From: an uncultured Rhodanobacteraceae bacterium | GTDB taxonomy: Bacteria; Pseudomonadota; Gammaproteobacteria; Xanthomonadales; Rhodanobacteraceae | Length of the DNA: 32,000 bases | Reading direction: 5' to 3' | Assembly (NCBI GenBank): GCA_964466115.1 | Contig: CAYXMH010000001.1 | Coordinates: 84,389 to 116,388, forward strand | Part shown: piece after piece, positions 27,895-32,000 of the stretch | Layout: each line of letters opens with the position of its first letter | How positions within the stretch are numbered: the first letter of the stretch is position 1 | Program-made: the position numbers and the translations under genes | The notes under the pieces: generated by a model | What the model was told of the DNA's origin: nothing | Seen by the model: the letters and a program-made list of their open reading frames with translations, nothing else | Database searches by the model: none

Positions 27895-30513
27895 TCACTT
27901 CGGCGGCGATTCTGCCGCCGAATCGTGGGGAACCGCCAGCGCTATATTGCGAAACACGCGCTCGCGCTCCATCAGCATGTTCTCAAAGCTTGCCACTGCC
28001 AATGGCCGGCAGAACAAGTAACCTTGCAGTTCCTCACAATGGTTGGCGCGCAGAAAGTCCAAGTGCTCCTCCACCTCAACCCCCTCCGCGACGACTCCCC
28101 GGTTGAGATTATGCGCCATACTGATGGTGGCTTGAACAATTGCCTCATCGTCCGGGTCAACCCCGATATTGCGCACAAAGGATTGATCGATCTTGATGCG
28201 ATCGGCGGGAAACCGGCGGATATAATCGAGCGATGATTGGCCAGTGCCGAAATCGTCAATCGATATCTTGCAACCTAGGTTCCGCAACGCCTGTAGGGTT
28301 TCAATCAAATTGGGTATGGATTTAACGCTGATGCTTTCCGTTAACTCCAAATCGAGCAGTGTTGGGTCCAACTCGGCGTCGTTTAAAGCGTTGCGCACAA
28401 TTTGCACCAGATTCGGCTGCCGTAATTGCAATGCCGATAAATTCACGCTGATCCGTAACGGCAATCCAAAACGCAATTGCAAACGCCGCGTTTCGGCGCA
28501 TGCCGTGCGCAATACCCACTCGCCAATTGACACGATCAATCCGGTTTCTTCCGCCAACGGAATAAAGAACCCGGGGCTGATCATGCCAAGTTCGGGGTGT
28601 TCCCAACGAATCAGCGCTTCCATGCCGACGATGTCTTCGGTTTTGGTGTCCACTTGCGGCTGATAAAACACGCGCAATTCGTTGTTTTTCTCGGCTTGCC
28701 TGAGTTTCGCTTCCAACGCCAAGCGCTGCTGATGCGACTCTTCCGGCACCGCCACATAAATCTGGTAATTGTTTCGCCCCATGCCCTTGGCGCTGTACAT
28801 CGCCACATCCGAGTGTTTGAGCAGGCTTTCAGCGGTGGTCGCATCGTCCGGATAAAAACTAACACCCAAGCTCGCCGTGATTTGCAATTCCGCTCCGTCC
28901 GATAACGTGAGCGGCGCTTCCATTACACGGACGATTTTCTCAGCAATGCGCAATACATCATCGCGCTGCACAATATGGCGAAGAATTAAGGTGAATTCAT
29001 CGCCGGCATATCGCGCCACCGTATCCGATGCGCGCACACTGGCCCGCAAGCGCCTGGCCACGCCGATGAGCACTTCGTCACCAACCGAATGACCAAGACT
29101 GTCATTGATATTTTTAAACCGATCCAAATCCAAAAACAGCACCGCAAACATTTCACCGGTACGATGCGCGCCCTTGATCGTGGTTTCCAGTCGATCATTG
29201 AATAACAATCGATTTGGCAAGCCGGTCAGTACATCCTGCAAGCCTTTGGCACGACCTTGCTCGCGCGCACGGCGCAACTCAAGCTCGAGTGCCAAACGGC
29301 TGGTTACAACACGCAAAGTGTCCTTAACATCAGCCCCGGTCGGCAAAGGCCGGCGCCGCGCCAGCAATAAAGCGCCTAATACGGTATGGCGTTCATCGCG
29401 CAGGGGCAGCCCTAAAAACGCCTCAAACCGCGCGTGCGCTAAAAACAGATCCTGGCCTGCGCGCATCCACGCCTCGGATAAATGCACAATGGCGGTGCCT
29501 TCAAGCACCGTTTTAAGGCTTGATTGCTGCAGTGGATCGGGTGCATCGGCCGGCAAACTTAGGCGTTGGTAAGTCACCACCGGCTGCACTTCGCTGGCCT
29601 GTTCCGGGCGTGCGGACAACAGCATTAGAAAATCGAGTTCCATCGAGTCGATCAACAAGCGTGCGATGCGATTTAACCCCTCATCGCCGCCGCCACACTC
29701 CACCACCTGGGCCAACATCGCCAATGCCGCTTGATAGCGCACCGCCTCGCCCGGCTCACGCATGACCGTAAAGTGGATCAATCTGCCAGCCTGCAACGCC
29801 AACCGGGTATGCACATCAACTGCGTATGAACTGCCGTCGCCACGCGGTTTTTGGCAGCGATAACGCACCGAGCCTTCGCGTATAAGGCGCGCTAGAAACT
29901 CACGCCGCTGCTCCGCGCTATGACTGGTATCCAGCAGGCTCGTTGGTTGCCCGACAACCTGTGCCCGCGAATAACCCGAAACCTGTTCGAAGGTTGCGTT
30001 GACTTCGAGTATCCGTCCGGTTTTGGGATCGGAAATAATGATTTCATCCAGACTGCCATCAAATGCAAATTGATAGCGGTCTTCATTATTGTCGCTTGAA
30101 TTTCCCGTCGGGTTGTCCCGCCTTGCCAAAACCGATCGCACGCGCGCCAACACCTCAGCCGCTTCCACCGGGCTTCGAATCCATTCCACCACACCGGCGG
30201 GGCTATGCCCCCACCCCCATTGGCGCTCCGGCCCGTCGCTGACAATACCGATAACCGGCACTTGCGAGAGCTGGCTATCACCTTTGAGCTTGGTACAGAA
30301 AGCGACTGCCTCCGTTGCCGCCCCAATAAACTCCATGATCACCACGTCGATCTCGGTGTCTTGCTCCAGAAACGCCAACGCTTGCGACAAATCTTTGGCG
30401 GTATAGATCGCGTGAAAATCCTGTGCATCCAAGACGTCGAACAATACCCGGCGGTCGTCACGATGGGTGGTGACGATCAGCACCGAACCTTTACCGGTTT
30501 CCTCACGGCCCAT
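27895..30513 (-). CDS. c-di-GMP phosphodiesterase-type protein: atypical REC (Asp to Glu) + PAS + GAF-like + degenerate GGDEF (AGDEF, RxxD retained) + EAL
   Basis: The ATG at 30513 overlaps the upstream ORF's stop (TGATG); the track start at 30525 is a TTG. The receiver has VLIVTTHRDD and IDVVIMEF, with Glu at the phospho-acceptor position. The PAS domain contains IIISDPKTGRILEVNATFEQVSGY. The GGDEF domain has RASD-TVARY-AGDEF. The EAL domain is complete: MEALIRWEHP, VNLSALQ, LELTES, SIDDFGTGQSSL, IKIDQSF, VAEGVE and LQGYLFCRP. Confidence 0.9.
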   Translation of the reverse strand: MGREETGKGSVLIVTTHRDDRRVLFDVLDAQDFHAIYTAKDLSQALAFLEQDTEIDVVIMEFIGAATEAVAFCTKLKGDSQLSQVPVIGIVSDGPERQWGWGHSPAGVVEWIRSPVEAAEVLARVRSVLARRDNPTGNSSDNNEDRYQFAFDGSLDEIIISDPKTGRILEVNATFEQVSGYSRAQVVGQPTSLLDTSHSAEQRREFLARLIREGSVRYRCQKPRGDGSSYAVDVHTRLALQAGRLIHFTVMREPGEAVRYQAALAMLAQVVECGGGDEGLNRIARLLIDSMELDFLMLLSARPEQASEVQPVVTYQRLSLPADAPDPLQQSSLKTVLEGTAIVHLSEAWMRAGQDLFLAHARFEAFLGLPLRDERHTVLGALLLARRRPLPTGADVKDTLRVVTSRLALELELRRAREQGRAKGLQDVLTGLPNRLLFNDRLETTIKGAHRTGEMFAVLFLDLDRFKNINDSLGHSVGDEVLIGVARRLRASVRASDTVARYAGDEFTLILRHIVQRDDVLRIAEKIVRVMEAPLTLSDGAELQITASLGVSFYPDDATTAESLLKHSDVAMYSAKGMGRNNYQIYVAVPEESHQQRLALEAKLRQAEKNNELRVFYQPQVDTKTEDIVGMEALIRWEHPELGMISPGFFIPLAEETGLIVSIGEWVLRTACAETRRLQLRFGLPLRISVNLSALQLRQPNLVQIVRNALNDAELDPTLLDLELTESISVKSIPNLIETLQALRNLGCKISIDDFGTGQSSLDYIRRFPADRIKIDQSFVRNIGVDPDDEAIVQATISMAHNLNRGVVAEGVEVEEHLDFLRANHCEELQGYLFCRPLAVASFENMLMERERVFRNIALAVPHDSAAESPPK

Positions 30514-31001
30514 CAAACCACCCAACGTCCGTCGCGCAAGCGCGGGTTTCCACTCGCCAAAGAATGATGCTTGATTCGTTCGATCAATTCCTCCAGACCA
30601 TCCGGCAATGGAACGGGTTCGCCGATGAATATCACTTTACGCTCGTGCCCGGTTCGAATGCGTGAAATTTGTCGCAACAACCCCGTATTCGGCGGGCGTA
30701 AATGTTCAACAAAATCGGTAAATAAATAAACGCCAAATTGCATGCTTTGCAAAATGTAACGCAATGCGTCCGTCATCCGTTTCGAACCCGGAACCCGCAC
30801 GTCGCCCTCACGCAAAGAGACGATCCCGCTATCGCCTTGCCATAAGTAAATCGATTGTCCGCCACGCAATGCCAGTTGGCGGAATTGGAGCACAATGTCC
30901 GCCGTGGTCGCCGTTTCGATCGCAATCAAATGGTGCCGAGATTGCACGATCTGCTCAAACAGTTTCGGCGTGACGAAATGGTCAGGGTTATCGGTTTTCA
31001 C
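30513..31001 (-). CDS. hypothetical protein, 162 aa, translationally coupled to the downstream EAL protein; resembles the N-terminal (non-ATPase) domain of Ycf46-type AAA+ proteins
   Basis: The ORF has a GTG start at 31001, and its TGA stop shares a base with the next gene's ATG. By eye the pattern SRHHLIAIETATTADIVLQFRQLAL..GQSIYLWQGDSGIV...DALRYI....GVYLFTDFVEHL.....LLRQISRI....RKVIFIGEPVPLPDGLEELIERI follows the N-domain of Ycf46-like ATPases. No Walker motifs are present. Coding status rests on length, composition and the coupling. Confidence 0.6.
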   Translation of the reverse strand: MKTDNPDHFVTPKLFEQIVQSRHHLIAIETATTADIVLQFRQLALRGGQSIYLWQGDSGIVSLREGDVRVPGSKRMTDALRYILQSMQFGVYLFTDFVEHLRPPNTGLLRQISRIRTGHERKVIFIGEPVPLPDGLEELIERIKHHSLASGNPRLRDGRWVV

Positions 31002-31113
31002 GCTTCATGTGTTTTCTTAACAATTGCGTCTAAACTTACCCGGATAAGCACCGATTGACCAGAGGCGTATCTTCCCTGGATTATACCCCCACCCCACTTT
31101 TAAGCCGACCGCC

Positions 31114-32000
31114 ATGTTTGAAGGCCTGCGTTTCTCCCACTGGCACATCGAATTGGATAGCGAGCGTCTGTTGGTGCTTACGCTAAACCGGGCAGGTGCC
31201 TCGGTTAACAGCTTAAATCGAGCCGTGCTTGATGAGCTGAATTCGATCTGCGAGCGTCTGATGCTGGAACCACCCAACGGCGTGGTCATCCGCTCTGGAA
31301 AAGCGGCCGGCTTTGTCGCTGGGGCTGATATTCATGAATTTGAGCACTATGAACGGCAGGGTTCGGTGTTAACTGCCATTGAGTATGGGCAGCAGGTACT
31401 GAATGGTGTAGCGCGTCTACCCTGTCCCACCGTGGCGGCAATCCGCGGCCATTGCCTGGGAGGTGGCACCGAACTGGCACTGGCATGCCGTTATCGCGTA
31501 GCGGCCACTGAAACGTCTACCAAAATTGCCTTACCGGAAGTGAAACTCGGGATTCATCCCGGCTGGGGCGGCACCGCGCGCTTGCCACGCCTGATTGGAG
31601 CGCCGCAAGCGCTGGAGATCATGCTGAGCGGGCGCAATTTAAGTGCAGAAAATGCAAAAACCGTGGGCTTGGTTGATGCGATTTGCGCTCCCGATGCCTT
31701 GCTTCAAACCGCAAAGAACTGGGTGCGTCAGCCGCGCTCGCGGTCCTACCTGCAGCGCGGTCGCGCATTTATCACGAATACTTGGCCAGCACGGCAAATT
31801 CTGGCGCCGATCGTACGCAAACAAACGGCCGCCAAGGTGCGGTCGGATCAGTATCCGGCACCGTTTGCATTGATCGAGGTGTGGCGGCGCGGTGGATCCA
31901 AGCTGTCGCAACGACTAAGGCTCGAGGCACGCTCGGTGGCGAAACTCGCACAAACTCCCACCTGCCGCAACTTGATACGCGTATTTTTCTTGCAAGAGCA
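31114..32000 (+). CDS. fatty-acid oxidation complex alpha subunit (FadJ/FadB-like), N-terminal enoyl-CoA hydratase domain; 3' end beyond the window
   Basis: Manual translation from the ATG at 31114 stays open to the window end: MFEGLRFSHWHIELDSERLLVLTLNRAG...AAGFVAGADIHEF...IRGHCLGGGTELALACRYRVA...ALPEVKLGIHPGWGGTARLPRLIG...QYPAPFALIEV. These are crotonase-fold oxyanion-hole and catalytic motifs colinear with FadJ. The ORF track omits it because there is no stop codon. Confidence 0.85.
   Translation, partial: MFEGLRFSHWHIELDSERLLVLTLNRAGASVNSLNRAVLDELNSICERLMLEPPNGVVIRSGKAAGFVAGADIHEFEHYERQGSVLTAIEYGQQVLNGVARLPCPTVAAIRGHCLGGGTELALACRYRVAATETSTKIALPEVKLGIHPGWGGTARLPRLIGAPQALEIMLSGRNLSAENAKTVGLVDAICAPDALLQTAKNWVRQPRSRSYLQRGRAFITNTWPARQILAPIVRKQTAAKVRSDQYPAPFALIEVWRRGGSKLSQRLRLEARSVAKLAQTPTCRNLIRVFFLQE

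Noticed and set aside
31017-31911. Minus-strand track ORFs at 31017..31289, 31286..31486 and 31639..31911, and a plus-strand ORF at 31643..31873.
   Set aside because: All lie within or antisense to the open FadJ/FadB-like reading frame that starts at 31114. That frame has clear crotonase motifs and explains the region.

Overview
This is a moderately GC-rich chromosomal window with gammaproteobacterium-like gene content, and most of it is housekeeping. From left to right it contains: the first 17 codons of orn (-); a translationally coupled recC-recB-recD operon (-); an orphan REC-REC-PAS-GGDEF-EAL c-di-GMP protein (+); sbcB (+); a DUF2461/TIGR02453 protein (+); an MFS permease (+); epmA and ligA, which overlap (-); a CPA2 cation:proton antiporter (+); a 1620-aa Rhs/YD-repeat polymorphic toxin (+); degP/mucD, rseA and rpoE (-); a second c-di-GMP protein, REC-like-PAS-GAF-AGDEF-EAL (-), preceded by a coupled 162-aa unknown ORF; and the 5' part of a FadJ/FadB-type enoyl-CoA hydratase gene that runs off the right edge (+, absent from the ORF track). 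I found no tRNA/rRNA, CRISPR array, transposase or integrase. The only clearly accessory locus is the Rhs gene. It has a Sec-type signal peptide and no T6SS, PAAR or adaptor neighbours. Its roughly 195-aa tip after the DPxGL motif is compositionally foreign, matches no toxin fold I recognise, and ends in a glycine-zipper hydrophobic tail. The 180 nt downstream hold two terminators and no plausible immunity gene. Secondary points of interest are the small ORF (Ycf46-N-terminal-like by my reading) coupled by a TGATG overlap to the phosphodiesterase gene, atypical receiver domains in both c-di-GMP proteins, sigma-E-type promoters in front of rpoE and degP with no rseB, and a nested ATTCC(C)-N8/9-(G)GGAAT palindromic repeat in the rseA-degP gap. 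All homology statements come from reading motifs by eye; no searches were run.
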